Shown one piece after another: positions 44,701-56,450 of a stretch of 64,000 nt of DNA. The number at the start of each line of letters is the position of its first letter. Positions within the stretch are counted from its first letter, which is position 1. The DNA lies in NCBI GenBank assembly GCA_002269645.1, contig NIVC01000292.1:496001-560000 (forward strand), in the 5' to 3' direction. The notes beneath the pieces were generated by a model. The model saw nothing but the letters and a program-made list of their open reading frames with translations. It ran no database searches and was not told the origin of the DNA. The position numbers and the translations under genes were made by a program. The stretch comes from Macrostomum lignano. Taxonomy: Eukaryota.

Positions 44701-45560
44701 TCCACCCGTACCTGGCCGCTGCGGTGCAACAGCGGGTTGTCAGGCCGCCGGCCCTGCTGAGCGCTGCCCACCTGCCCGCCCTCGCTCCCGCCGGCCTTCA
44801 GCTGCCGCCGCCGCCGCTGTCGCAGCAGCCGCAGTCTCAGCGGCCGCCGCAGCCGCAGCCGCAGAAGCCGGCAGCTCCGCGCCAAGTGCGGTCGCGCCGG
44901 CCCGGCAACCGGACCTTCCCGTGCAACCAGTGCGGCATCGTGTTCCAGTCCCTGGCTGGCCTGTCCAAGCACACCTTCACCACGCACAAGGTGTACAAGT
45001 GCACCTTCTGCGCCGCCAGCTTCACCCAGCGCTCCAACCTGCAGCGCCACTCGCTCAAGCACGTCGGCTTCAAGCCGTTCGAGTGCCGCTGCTGCCGCAA
45101 GTCCTACTACCGCAAGGACCACCTGGTGCGCCACATCGAGGTGACGCATCCCGGCTTCGACCCCAAGCTGAGCATCGACACCCGGCTGAGCAGCGCCGAG
45201 TGCCTGCAGTACCTGGAGCGCAAGCACGAGAGCCGCGACTACACCTGCCTGAGCGGCGTCGTGCTGTCCGCCGCCACCGCCGCCGCTTCCGCCTCCGAGG
45301 GCGGCATCTCCACCGAAGCCGCCGAGATTGCCGAAGCTGCCGAGGCCCCCGCTGCTGCTGCCGGCGAGGCCACCGCCAGCATGGAGGGCGAAGGCGAGAC
45401 CGAGGAGCTGCTGATGCTCGACGAGGAATTCGACGAGGCCGAGGCGGACGCCGAGTTCGATGAGCCAATGGATGAGGCGGAGGCTGAGGAGGACGCTGAG
45501 ATCGACGTTGTGGGCAGCGAGGAGGCGCAGCCGATCCTGCTGGAGCAGGCGGCCGAGTGA
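38752..45560 (+). CDS. zfp-1: ZFP-1-family (flatworm-type) triple C2H2 zinc-finger transcription factor
   Basis: Main exon 44109-45560 (ctacctgcag|CCC, phase 0) encodes three fingers: FPCNQC…HTFTTH, YKCTFC…QRSNLQRHSLKH, FECRCC…RKDHLVRHIEVTH. The GFKP linker between fingers 2 and 3 replaces TGEKP, which I recall as diagnostic of planarian/schistosome ZFP-1. There is an acidic C-terminal tail. The probable first coding exon is 38752-38919 (AGT|GTAAGT, phase 0); it is less certain than the main exon. Confidence 0.82.
40100..40273. repeat. 18-bp minisatellite (CTCTGTAGCTGGCGCCCC)
   Basis: Direct inspection; the only sizeable array in the zfp-1 intron. Confidence 0.9.
41334..41681 (+). promoter_or_regulatory. 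Candidate internal promoter plus non-coding first exon of zfp-1
   Basis: ATTGG at about 41334, TATAAA at 41417-41422, an ATG-free pyrimidine-rich leader, and a consensus donor G|GTGAGT at 41681/2. Confidence 0.45.
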
Positions 45561-46336
45561 TGAAGCCGCTCGGTCCCAGCCTCCCAGTCAGATAGAGTCG
45601 AACATGATTCCATTCGGCGCATTTACACCGCAGGACAGAATTTTATAAACTGCCGATATGTATCGAAAATGGCGAAATTTTGATTGGAACAAAGACTATT
45701 GGCCGATCTGTCTCACTCAGTACTTAATCATAGTCAGTCGCTCTCAATTCTCGTGTTATTGTAGTTCGCGTACCGCTCAAACAGGTGCTAAATTTGCTGC
45801 ATGCTGCTGCTGTCTGTTGTTTAAAAATCATATTTTGTCACATTAATTCTGATTATAAATCATTTTTTACTGCGCATAGAGCCACCCAGTCCCCGCTGTG
45901 TACATACCGCTCACGAAGCTAATAGTGAAACATTTTGCGTTGCTAAACCAGTGCAGATGAGCAACTAATTAATAATTAATATCCTTATTGCGTAATATTC
46001 ACCCGCTGACCTTCAGCTTTTGTTATTCGTTTTTAAACAGAAAGACTATTGTTAATAATAGCGATCTGCGTTTTTACCTGAACTTTGAGCTGCAACCGGC
46101 CCCCAATGTTGTAACCGCTGCCCGCTTCATTATTTAACCAATCAGCTCAGCTTCTGCCGCAGTTTTAACCAAAATTGCTATGATTTCATTGAGCGAGTGA
46201 GCACTGATGAGTTTTACCGCACTGGCCCCCGGGCCGCCTCACTGCGACTTCTTGTCGATAAATAAACCTATTGCTAGCCAACTAATTGCATCCGTGAGAC
46301 TGAACTCTGGCTTCATCTTTTGCAGATTCGCTGTAC

Positions 46337-49300
46337 ATTCTAGATGTAGATATGAGTCACTGAACTCTCATTCTAGATGTAGATATGAGTCACTGAACTC
46401 TCATTCTAGATGTAGATATGAGTCACTGAACTCTCATTCTAGATGTAGATATGAGTCACTGAACTCTCATTCTAGATGTAGATATGAGTCACTGAACTCT
46501 CATTCTAGATGTAGATATGAGTCACTGAACTCTCATTCTAGATGTAGATATGAGTCACTGAACTCTCATTCTAGATGTAGACATGAGTCACTGAACTCTC
46601 ATTCTAGATGTAGACATGAGTCACTGAACTCTCATTCTAGATGTAGATATGAGTCACTGAACTCTCATTCTAGATGTAGATATGAGTCACGGAACTCTCA
46701 TTCTAGATGTAGATATGAGTCACTGAACTCTCATTCTAGATGTAGATTTGAGTCACTGAACTCTCATTCTAGATGTAGATATGAGTCACTGAACTCTCAT
46801 TCTAGATGTAGATATGAGTCACTGAACTCTCATTCTAGATGTAGATATGAGTCACTGAACTCTCATTCTAGATGTAGATATGAGTCACTGAACTCTCATT
46901 CTAGATGTAGATATGAGTCACTGAACTCTCATTCTAGATGTAGATATGAGTCACTGAACTCTCATTCTAGATGTAGATATGAGTCACTGAACTCTCATTC
47001 TAGATGTAGATATGAGTCACTGAACTCTCATTCTAGATGTAGATATGAGTCACTGAACTCTCATTCTAGATGTAGATATGAGTCACTGAACTCTCATTCT
47101 AGATGTAGATATGAGTCACTGAACTCTCATTCTAGATGTAGATATGAGTCACTGAACTCTCATTCTAGATGTAGATATGAGTCACTGAACTCTCATTCTA
47201 GATGTAGATATGAGTCACGGAACTCTCATTCTAGATGTAGATATGAGTCACGGAACTCTCATTCTAGATGTAGATTTGAGTCACTGAACTCTCATTCTAG
47301 ATGTAGATATGAGTCACTGAACTCTCATTCTAGATGTAGATATGAGTCACTGAACTCTCATTCTAGATGTAGATTTGAGTCACTGAACTCTCATTCTATA
47401 TGTAGATATGAGTCACTGAACTCTCATTCTAGATGTAGATTTGAGTCACTGAACTCTCATTCTAGATGTAGATATGAGTCACTGAACTCTCATTCTAGAT
47501 GTAGATATGAGTCACGGAACTCTAGTTCTAGATGTAGATATGAGTCACTGAACTCTCATTCTAGATGTAGATTTGAGTCACTGAACTCTCATTCTAGATG
47601 TAGATATGAGTCACTGAACTCTCATTCTAGATGTAGATATGAGTCACGGAACTCTCATTCTAGATGTAGATTTGAGTCACTGAACTCTCATTCTATATGT
47701 AGATATGAGTCACTGAACTCTCATTCTAGATGTAGATATGAGTCACGGAACTCTCATTCTAGATGTAGATTTGAGTCACTGAACTCTCATTCTAGATGTA
47801 GATATGAGTCACTGAACTCTCATTCTAGATGTAGATATGAGTCACGGAACTCTCATTCTAGATGTAGATATGAGTCACTGAACTCTCATTCTAGATGTAG
47901 ATATGAGTCACTGAACTCTCATTCTAGATGTAGATATGAGTCACTGAACTCTCATTCTAGATGTAGATATGAGTCACTGAACTCTCATTCTAGATGTAGA
48001 TATGAGTCACGGAACTCTAGTTCTAGATGTAGATATGAGTCACTGAACTCTCATTCTAGATGTAGATTTGAGTCACTGAACTCTCATTCTAGATGTAGAT
48101 ATGAGTCACTGAACTCTCATTCTAGATGTAGATATGAGTCACGGAACTCTCATTCTAGATGTAGATTTGAGTCACTGAACTCTCATTCTATATGTAGATA
48201 TGAGTCACTGAACTCTCATTCTAGATGTAGATATGAGTCACTGAACTCTCATTCTAGATGTAGATATGAGTCACGGAACTCTCATTCTAGATGTAGATTT
48301 GAGTCACTGAACTCTCATTCTAGATGTAGATATGAGTCACTGAACTCTCATTCTAGATGTAGATATGAGTCACTGAACTCTCATTCTAGATGTAGATATG
48401 AGTCACGGAACTCTCATTCTAGATGTAGATATGAGTCACTGAACTCTCATTCTAGATGTAGATTTGAGTCACGGAACTCTCATTCTAGATGTAGATATGA
48501 GTCACTGAACTCTCATTCTAGATGTAGATATGAGTCACGGAACTCTCATTCTAGATGTAGATATGAGTCACTGAACTCTCATTCTAGATGTAGATTTGAG
48601 TCACTGAACTCTCATTCTAGATGTAGATATGAGTCACTGAACTCTCATTCTAGATGTAGATATGAGTCACGGAACTCTCATTCTAGATGTAGATTTGAGT
48701 CACTGAACTCTCATTCTATATGTAGATATGAGTCACTGAACTCTCATTCTAGATGTAGATATGAGTCACGGAACTCTCATTCTAGATGTAGATTTGAGTC
48801 ACTGAACTCTCATTCTAGATGTAGATATGAGTCACTGAACTCTCATTCTAGATGTAGATATGAGTCACGGAACTCTCATTCTAGATGTAGATATGAGTCA
48901 CTGAACTCTCATTCTAGATGTAGATATGAGTCACTGAACTCTCATTCTAGATGTAGATATGAGTCACTGAACTCTCATTCTAGATGTAGATATGAGTCAC
49001 TGAACTCTCATTCTAGATGTAGATATGAGTCACGGAACTCTAGTTCTAGATGTAGATATGAGTCACTGAACTCTCATTCTAGATGTAGATTTGAGTCACT
49101 GAACTCTCATTCTAGATGTAGATATGAGTCACTGAACTCTCATTCTAGATGTAGATATGAGTCACGGAACTCTCATTCTAGATGTAGATTTGAGTCACTG
49201 AACTCTCATTCTATATGTAGATATGAGTCACTGAACTCTCATTCTAGATGTAGATATGAGTCACTGAACTCTCATTCTAGATGTAGATATGAGTCACGGA

Positions 49301-49412
49301 ACTCTCATTCTAGATGTAGATTTGAGTCACTGAACTCTCATTCTAGATGTAGATATGAGTCACTGAACTCTCATTCTAGATGTAGATATGAGTCACGGAA
49401 CTCTCATTCTAG
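46337..49412. repeat. 33-bp minisatellite (CATTCTAGATGTAGATATGAGTCACTGAACTCT), ~93 units, with higher-order duplication
   Basis: Direct inspection; variant units recur at 1023-bp spacing. Confidence 0.97.
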
Positions 49413-50220
49413 ATGAGACACAGAACTCTCACCCTAGATGAGACACAGAACTCTCACCCTAGATGAGACACAGAACTCTCACCCTAGATGAGACACAGAA
49501 CTCTCACCCTAGATGAGGCACAGAACTCTCACCCTAGATGAGACACAGAACTCTCACCCTAGATGAGACACAGAACTCTCACCCTAGATGAGACACAGAA
49601 CTCTCACCCTAGATGAGACACAGAACTCTCACCCTAGATGAGACACAGAACTCTCACCCTAGATGAGACACAGAACTCTCACCCTAGATGAGACACAGAA
49701 CTCTCACCCTAGATGAGACACAGAACTCTCACCCTAGATGAGACACAGAACTCTCACCCTAGATGAGACACAGAACTCTCACCCTAGATGAGGCACAGAA
49801 CTCTCACCCTAGATGAGACACAGAACTCTCACCCTAGATGAGACACAGAACTCTCACCCTAGATGAGACACAGAACTCTCACCCTAGATGAGACACAGAA
49901 CTCTCACCCTAGATGAGACACAGAACTCTCACCCTAGATGAGACACAGAACTCTCACCCTAGATGAGGCACAGAACTCTCACCCTAGATGAGACACAGAA
50001 CTCTCACCCTAGATGAGACACAGAACTCTCACCCTAGATGAGACACAGAACTCTCACCCTAGATGAGGCACAGAACTCTCACCCTAGATGAGACACAGAA
50101 CTCTCACCCTAGATGAGACACAGAACTCTCACCCTAGATGAGACACAGAACTCTCACCCTAGATGAGGCACAGAACTCTCACCCTAGATGAGACACAGAA
50201 CTCTCACCCTAGATGAGACA
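49413..50220. repeat. 25-bp minisatellite (GAGACACAGAACTCTCACCCTAGAT) fused to the 33-bp array
   Basis: Direct inspection. Confidence 0.97.
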
Positions 50221-50664
50221 GCCAAAATTCACAAAAAATGAACAACTTCAAAAACACGACACGGATAATTTTGGTTAAATCAGTCAAATTAGATGAACAA
50301 ATTAGTGAAATTTATTTAAACAGACAAAATGAAGGCAAACGCAGCAATGACCCAAACACACAAGGCATGAAAACTGCGGTACGTATGGAGTGAGTAATAA
50401 ATGAGTTTATTAATGACTGAAACAAACAAACTGTCCGGGCAGTTATTGGAGCCATAACAATTTTCTTGTTCAGTAGGGGCGCAGGAAACTTCGGGGAGAA
50501 TTTAGAGAGACACAAAGAGAAAACAAACAAGAAAAACAATTCCTAAGGAACAAACAGGTCACCGACTAAAAGAAGAAGCTAATGCTGAGAGCAGATGACT
50601 GGCACATTGGATTCAGTCTTTGTTCAAGTCTTCGTTCTCACTGTTCGACTCCTGCACAGGCTGC

Positions 50665-53600
50665 TCACAGCTCCTCCTTGCCCGCCGGCAGGTTGGCCTT
50701 CAAGAATTTCTCCAGCTGGCCGGAGTCAAAGCCGGATCCGTTGAAGCGAATCGGCGAGTCCTTGCGGCCGGCCGCGGCCAGCAGCAGCAGCGTGGGCGAG
50801 CGCTCGGTCGGGTTGAAGAAGTACGCGCCGGGGCGTCGTTCAGCGCCGTGTCGAGGTGCCCGACGGTCAGGCCGGGGAAGGCGGCCTTGGTGGCCGGGCT
50901 GGTGGCGAACTCGGACAGCTGAAGGATGGCGTCCGAGCATTCCGGCTTGTCCCGGTCGCACTGCAGCACCAGGCAGCTCGGCCGGCCGGCAGCGAGCACC
51001 TGCGCAGGGAGGTAAGTGGCGGCTTCTGTGAGCTCTGCGTCCCGGCTGGCCTCTCAGCTCAGCTCTGCTCACATCTCACTCTGGTTGATGGAAATCTCAC
51101 CCTGGGTGATAGGAATCTCACACTGGGTGGTGGGAAATCTCACCCTGGATGACACACCAAAAGCACAGGTGAGACACTGAAATCTCAGGTGAGACGCTGA
51201 AATCTCAGATGGGACACGATAATCTCAGATGAGACACGATAATCTCAGATGGGACACGATAATCTCAGATGGGACACTGAGATCTCAGATGAGACACGAT
51301 AATCTCAGATGGGACACGATAATCTCAGATGAGACACGATAATCTCAGATGGGACACGATAATCTCAGATGGGACACTGAGATCTCAGATGAGACACGAT
51401 AATCTCAGATGAGACTGAAATCTCAGATGGGGCACTGAAATCTCAGATGGGGAACGATAATCTCAGATGGGACACTGAGATCTCAGATGAGACACGATAA
51501 TCTCAGATGAGACTGAAATCTCAGATGGGGCACTGAAATCTCAGATGGGGAACGATAATCTCAGATAAGACACGATAATCTCAGATGACATACGATAATC
51601 TCAGATGGGACACGATAACCTCAGATAAGACACTGAAATCTCAGATGACATACGATAATCTCAGATGGGACACGATAACCTCAGATAAGACACTGAAATC
51701 TCAGATGGGGAACGATAATCTCAGATGGGACACTGAGATCTCAGATGGGACACGATAACCTCAGATGAGACACTGAAATCTCAGATAAGACACTGAAATC
51801 TCAGATAAGACATGATAATCTCAGATGACATACGATAAACTCAGATGGGACACGATAACCTCAGATGAGACACTGAAATCTCAGATAAGACACTGAAATC
51901 TCAGATGACATACGATAATCTCAGATGGGACACGATAACCTCAGATGAGACACTGAAATTTCAGATAAGACACTGAAATCTCAGATAAGACATGATAATC
52001 TCAGATGACATACGATAAACTCAGATGGACACTGAAATCTCAGATGGGGCACTGAAATCTCAGATGGGGCACTGAAATCTCAGATAAGACACGACAATCT
52101 CAGACGAGACACTGAAATCTCAGATGAGACACTGCAATCTCACGCCAGCCCTCACCCAATCATCACCCAGGCACCCACCTGCTCCTGGAAGCTGGCCCCG
52201 GTCAGGTACAGCAGCGGTCCGGACTGCGAGGCCCGGGCGGTGGCCGAGCGAACCACGGGGGTGGCGCGGCCGGCCAGCACGCTGGAGACGAACTCTGCGA
52301 TCTCGTCAGCATCGAAGCTGTCAAGCTCGGAGGCGAAGCGGCGCTTGTCGGTCCCGTAGCAGCCGAGGTTCAGGTCCGAGCCGCTGTCCTCGAACCTGGG
52401 CGGGGAGATGAGTTGAGACTTTGCTGAGCTGGCCAGCTGAGTCCCAGGGTAACTGATCCCGGCCTAATAAATGTGATACTGATCCCAATAAATCTGAGAA
52501 ATCGATTCCAATAAATCAGGGATATTGATCCCAATAAATCAGGGATATTGATCCCAATAAATCAGGGATATTAATCCCAATAAATTTAGAAGATTAAACT
52601 AATTGAATAAAAAATCAATCTTTAATCTATTATTTTACAAGCCCTACTCGCTACTCGCTACTAGAGTAGTGCAACTCGCGCCTCACTTGAATTTCTTGGC
52701 CTCGTCCTCCTCCTGCTCATCGTCGGCCATGGCGAACAGCGCCTTGCCGGAGAACCTGGCGGCCACCTTGGCGAACTTGGAGTGCCACATCCGCGTGGAG
52801 GTGCGCAGCTCGCCGGAGAAGTCGACGGTGAGGAAGAACAGGCAGACGGGCAGCTGAGAGGACAGGTAAGTCTCCTTCGAGCCGAAGTTGTACTGCCCGA
52901 CAAGCGGCAGCTTGTTGGCTTCGTAGAATTTGAGTAGCTCGGCGCCGCTGCTCTGCGAGCCCGAGTACTTCACCAGGCTGGCCTCGCCCTCCGCTGTCAG
53001 CTTCACCGGCTTGCGCAGGTAAATCTGCCGAGTTTGAGGAAGGTAATGATGAAGCCCGCTCCCTCAGTGCCTCACTCAGTGTCTGAATCTGCCTCACTCA
53101 GTGCCTGAATCTGCCTCACTCAGTGCCTGAATCTGCCTCACTCAGTGCCTGAATCTGCCTCACTCAGTGCCTGAATCTGCCTCACTCAGTGCCTGAATCT
53201 GCCTCACTCAGTGCCTGAATCTGCCTCACTCAGTGCCTGAATCTGCCTCACTCCAGAGAACAACAGGGCCATCGGCGTCCGGGCACTCACAGTGTTAATC
53301 TGGAGTCCCAGCTGCTTGGCCAGGTCCCCAGATTCAATCAGCGCCCCCTCCACCCGGTTCAGGTGCACGTGGCTGGACTCGCGCAGGAAGTTGGCCAGAA
53401 ACTCGGCCGACTCGATGGAGTCAAAGTGGCCAATCAGCAGCGACTCGGTGCCGCTGGCGATGCTGTCCAGCTCGGCCAGGGACTTGGCCCGAATCACGCT
53501 GTCCGGGACCGTGTGCGCCTGGTAGAAGCCGGCCAGGGCCTGACCTGTGGCCTCGTGGATGAAGCGGACCGGCCGCTGAGAGTCGCGCTTGATGACCAGG

Positions 53601-55178
53601 TAGGTGGGCAGGCTGGTGGCCTGGGAAGGTGCGAGAGAACACTGATTTTGGCCTTCGATTTGCAGTTATTTCGCGAGTTATTTGAAAATGGATACCCATG
53701 TGCTAGACAGGCGAGTCTGCGACATTTGACTGTCAGTGAAAATTGACTGTCAGTGACATTTGACTATCAGTGACAATTGACTGCAGAAAAGCAGTACAAA
53801 GGAGACAAGTGCTCACCCCGTACAACTGGGCCAGCTCAGCGTCCTCTCCGGCCACCTCAACATATCCCACAGCCTTGGGCTCGCGGCCCATCTTCAGCTG
53901 GTCGGCTGCGGCGTCCAGCAGAGCCAGGGTGTCGCTGCGGTCGGCGGCGGCCGGGTCAAAGAAGCCAACAAGCCAGGCGGACTGCTTGTCCAGCTGCTCG
54001 GTCAGGTTGGCCTTGGCCAGCTTATGGAGGCCCTTCAGCACCCGCGGCGGCTTCCAGTCGGGCAGGGCGACTGTCTCCATGAACTTCACGATGCCCTCCG
54101 TGTCTCTCGGCCCGTTGTAGTCAAAGAACTCGCCAGGGAAAGCCTTCTTGTAGATCTTCATGGTGGGGTAGCCTTGCACCTCGTGCTGGGCAGCCAGGGA
54201 CTCGTGCACAGTGGCGTCCACCTTTGCCAGAGCAATGCCCTTGGCCTTCAGACGGGTAGCAGCGGCAGAGTACTGTGGCTCCAGCTGCTTGCAGTGACCA
54301 CACCTGAAAATTAATGATATCATATCATTGTCTCCATCTAAACAGTTTAATTTCTAGAGAAGCAAAGAATAGATGACCTACCAAGGTGCATAGAACTCCA
54401 CAAGTAGGGTCTCCTTCTCATTAACCACTTCTTGAAAATTGTCCTTGCCAAGAACCAGTACATCGCCTTCTTCTTTCACTTCAGCCAATGAAGACAAAGC
54501 TAAAAAAATTAAATATCTAATATGAAAGACTATCATACACTCGTATTAAAATATTTTAAAAAGAAAATACAGACATTTATTTTTTTGTTACTTTATAGAC
54601 TTAATGGTCAAAATTGTTCATTTAATTGGAAAAAATTGAATATTAAAAGGAAACTAATTGTTTGATTCTATTGATATTGATATGATAAAAATATGATATT
54701 AGAAAATAACTATATTGCTTAAATAACTTATTGCTTAAATAACTAAGAATGAAAATAGATTTCATAAATAAGCTAGGCCTATTGGAGTTTGAGTTTGAAC
54801 ATTTTTCTAAAATCAGTAGCACAACCAAGGCAGGGAGGGGACTCAGAATAAAAGAAGGAGATCAAACATTCTTTTAGAAAAATGCAGATGCAGGCTAGCA
54901 CTAGCACAACTTTTGTCATCTAAAGGGGCTTAAGGTTATGAAACTCCTTTGGCCCAGGGAAGAAAAGGATCCACAATCCTTGAATATTTGACTGCACCAT
55001 TGTTTTATTGCTGTTAATGTGTGTCATGTTTTAAAAACATCACAAAAGAATAGAAAAATAAAATAAAAGTTTATTTTATTTGAATTTTACACTTTTACAT
55101 TTGTTGCTTGCAATGGAACTTACCAAGAAGGGGGAGCAGGAAAAGTGCAAGGAATATGTCACTTGACTTTCGAAACAT
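50665..55178 (-). CDS. PDIA4: Divergent ERp72/PDIA4-like protein disulfide isomerase (a0-a-b-b'-a', C-terminal KEEL); 1-nt frameshift in the last exon
   Basis: Exons 55178-55124 (signal peptide [18 protein letters not shown]), 54499-54382, 54303-53817, 53620-53291, 53024-52687, 52395-52179 and 50999-50665; all GT-AG and in phase. Motifs VEFYAPWCGHCK, linker PDWKPP, b' [18 protein letters not shown] and terminal KEEL match ERp72. The total of 1880 nt is 1 short of a codon multiple, at the G4 run 50830-50833. Confidence 0.88.
51168..52135. repeat. 20-bp minisatellite (CTCAGATGGGACACGATAAT / CTCAGATGAGACACTGAAAT), PDIA4 intron 6
   Basis: Direct inspection. Confidence 0.94.
53072..53252. repeat. 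22-bp minisatellite (CACTCAGTGCCTGAATCTGCCT), PDIA4 intron 4
   Basis: Direct inspection. Confidence 0.93.
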
Positions 55179-55489
55179 TGTTGCTTGATAAATTTTTTAT
55201 TTCAAGCTAAATTAAATACAATGAATCAGTAGAAGATTTTTTGTTATCCAAAAGTGTGAATTGTTTTAAAGTTCACGAAAAAGTGCTTTTAAAATTTTTC
55301 ATAAACGTGTCACGACGCTATTCCACGGTTAATCATATCAACAAATATTTCAGCATAAAAATAGTTCACGCAAACAGAAAAAGTTCTAACTAAATACTTC
55401 AAAATAAAACTTATAAAGAGATAGGTAAGTTTTGCAAAAATGTCTACCTCTTCATAGTACAAAATTTAATAATTTCTGAGAAATAAGTT

Positions 55490-56400
55490 CTTGTTCAAAT
55501 TGTTTTGACTCTTTATGCAAAAGCTGCTCAATTATAAAATTCATTATCAAGTTGTCCACTTGCAATTCTAGAGCAGTAATCAACCTATCATATGACTTTG
55601 ACAAACTATTTATCAAAATTGTGACTTGATAGTCTTCTAGAACATCTGCCCCAATAGCCGATAGTCATTTGTAATCTCTTTGAATTGATTAGGCCCCTAA
55701 CATGCTCTTGCATAGATAAACCTTCTACCATCTTGAGCACTTGTAGTTTTTAATTGAGAAACAATTTATTTACTAGTAAACTCTGCTCAAATATGCTTAA
55801 AGCTTATCCCATGCTTCCTTCAAAGTTTCTGCATCCTCAATTAGATAAATTTGACTATCCACAATAGCCAATAAAATAGTTGCTAGGGCTTTATTTGCAT
55901 ACTACTTGAACTGCACTTTGATCTCATTGGTTGCATTCTTAGCAAGTGTCTCAGCATTATTAACAACTTCCAAAAGTTCTCATTCCATTTGGACATTCTT
56001 TATCTTGAACTTCCAAACAGTATAATTAGAACTATCCAACTTCTCAACTAGTATAGTTTGACTTTGAAAGACATTGTGTCAATCCAGCAGCACAACTGAC
56101 TGCTGAGCTTGAACTTTCTGAGAGATGGTAGAGCCTGACAATCATGCCAACTGACACACTGCCACTAAAGCAGCTTGTTGAGGAGTGCAAGGCCTATAAC
56201 CTATTAAGAAAGTCTTATTTGATTGTAGTAACTCAGTGTTTATTGAGAGTTTTGAGAAAGAGAATGACAGAAGGTTAACATTGAATTTAGCACTGGTGCA
56301 GCTCAAACAAAGCTTAGTTGTACCAGTTAGGAGTGGGAGACCATAGACATAAATAGGAATTTTATTCTAGAAAATTCTATAAGGGAAACTGGGATTCACT
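55490..56400 (-). mobile_element. Decayed Ty1/copia LTR-retrotransposon 5' remnant (LTR end, PBS, gag pseudogene)
   Basis: Minus-strand translation of about 56048-55490: VEKLDSSNYTVWKFKIK…ANKALATILLAIVDSQIYLIEDAETLKEAWDKLLSIFEQSLLVNKLFL*KLQVLKMVEG…LSAIGADVLEDYQVTILINSLSKSYDRLITALE. This is copia gag-like, with three stops and a frameshift. A PBS-like GGTTATAGGCC at 56201-56191 follows TTAATA, and AATAAA lies in the upstream LTR-like segment. The LTR 5' boundary is not determined. Confidence 0.8.
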
Positions 56401-56450
56401 TACCATAAATAGATGTGTCTATTACTATTTTAATGCAAACTAGAACTTAT

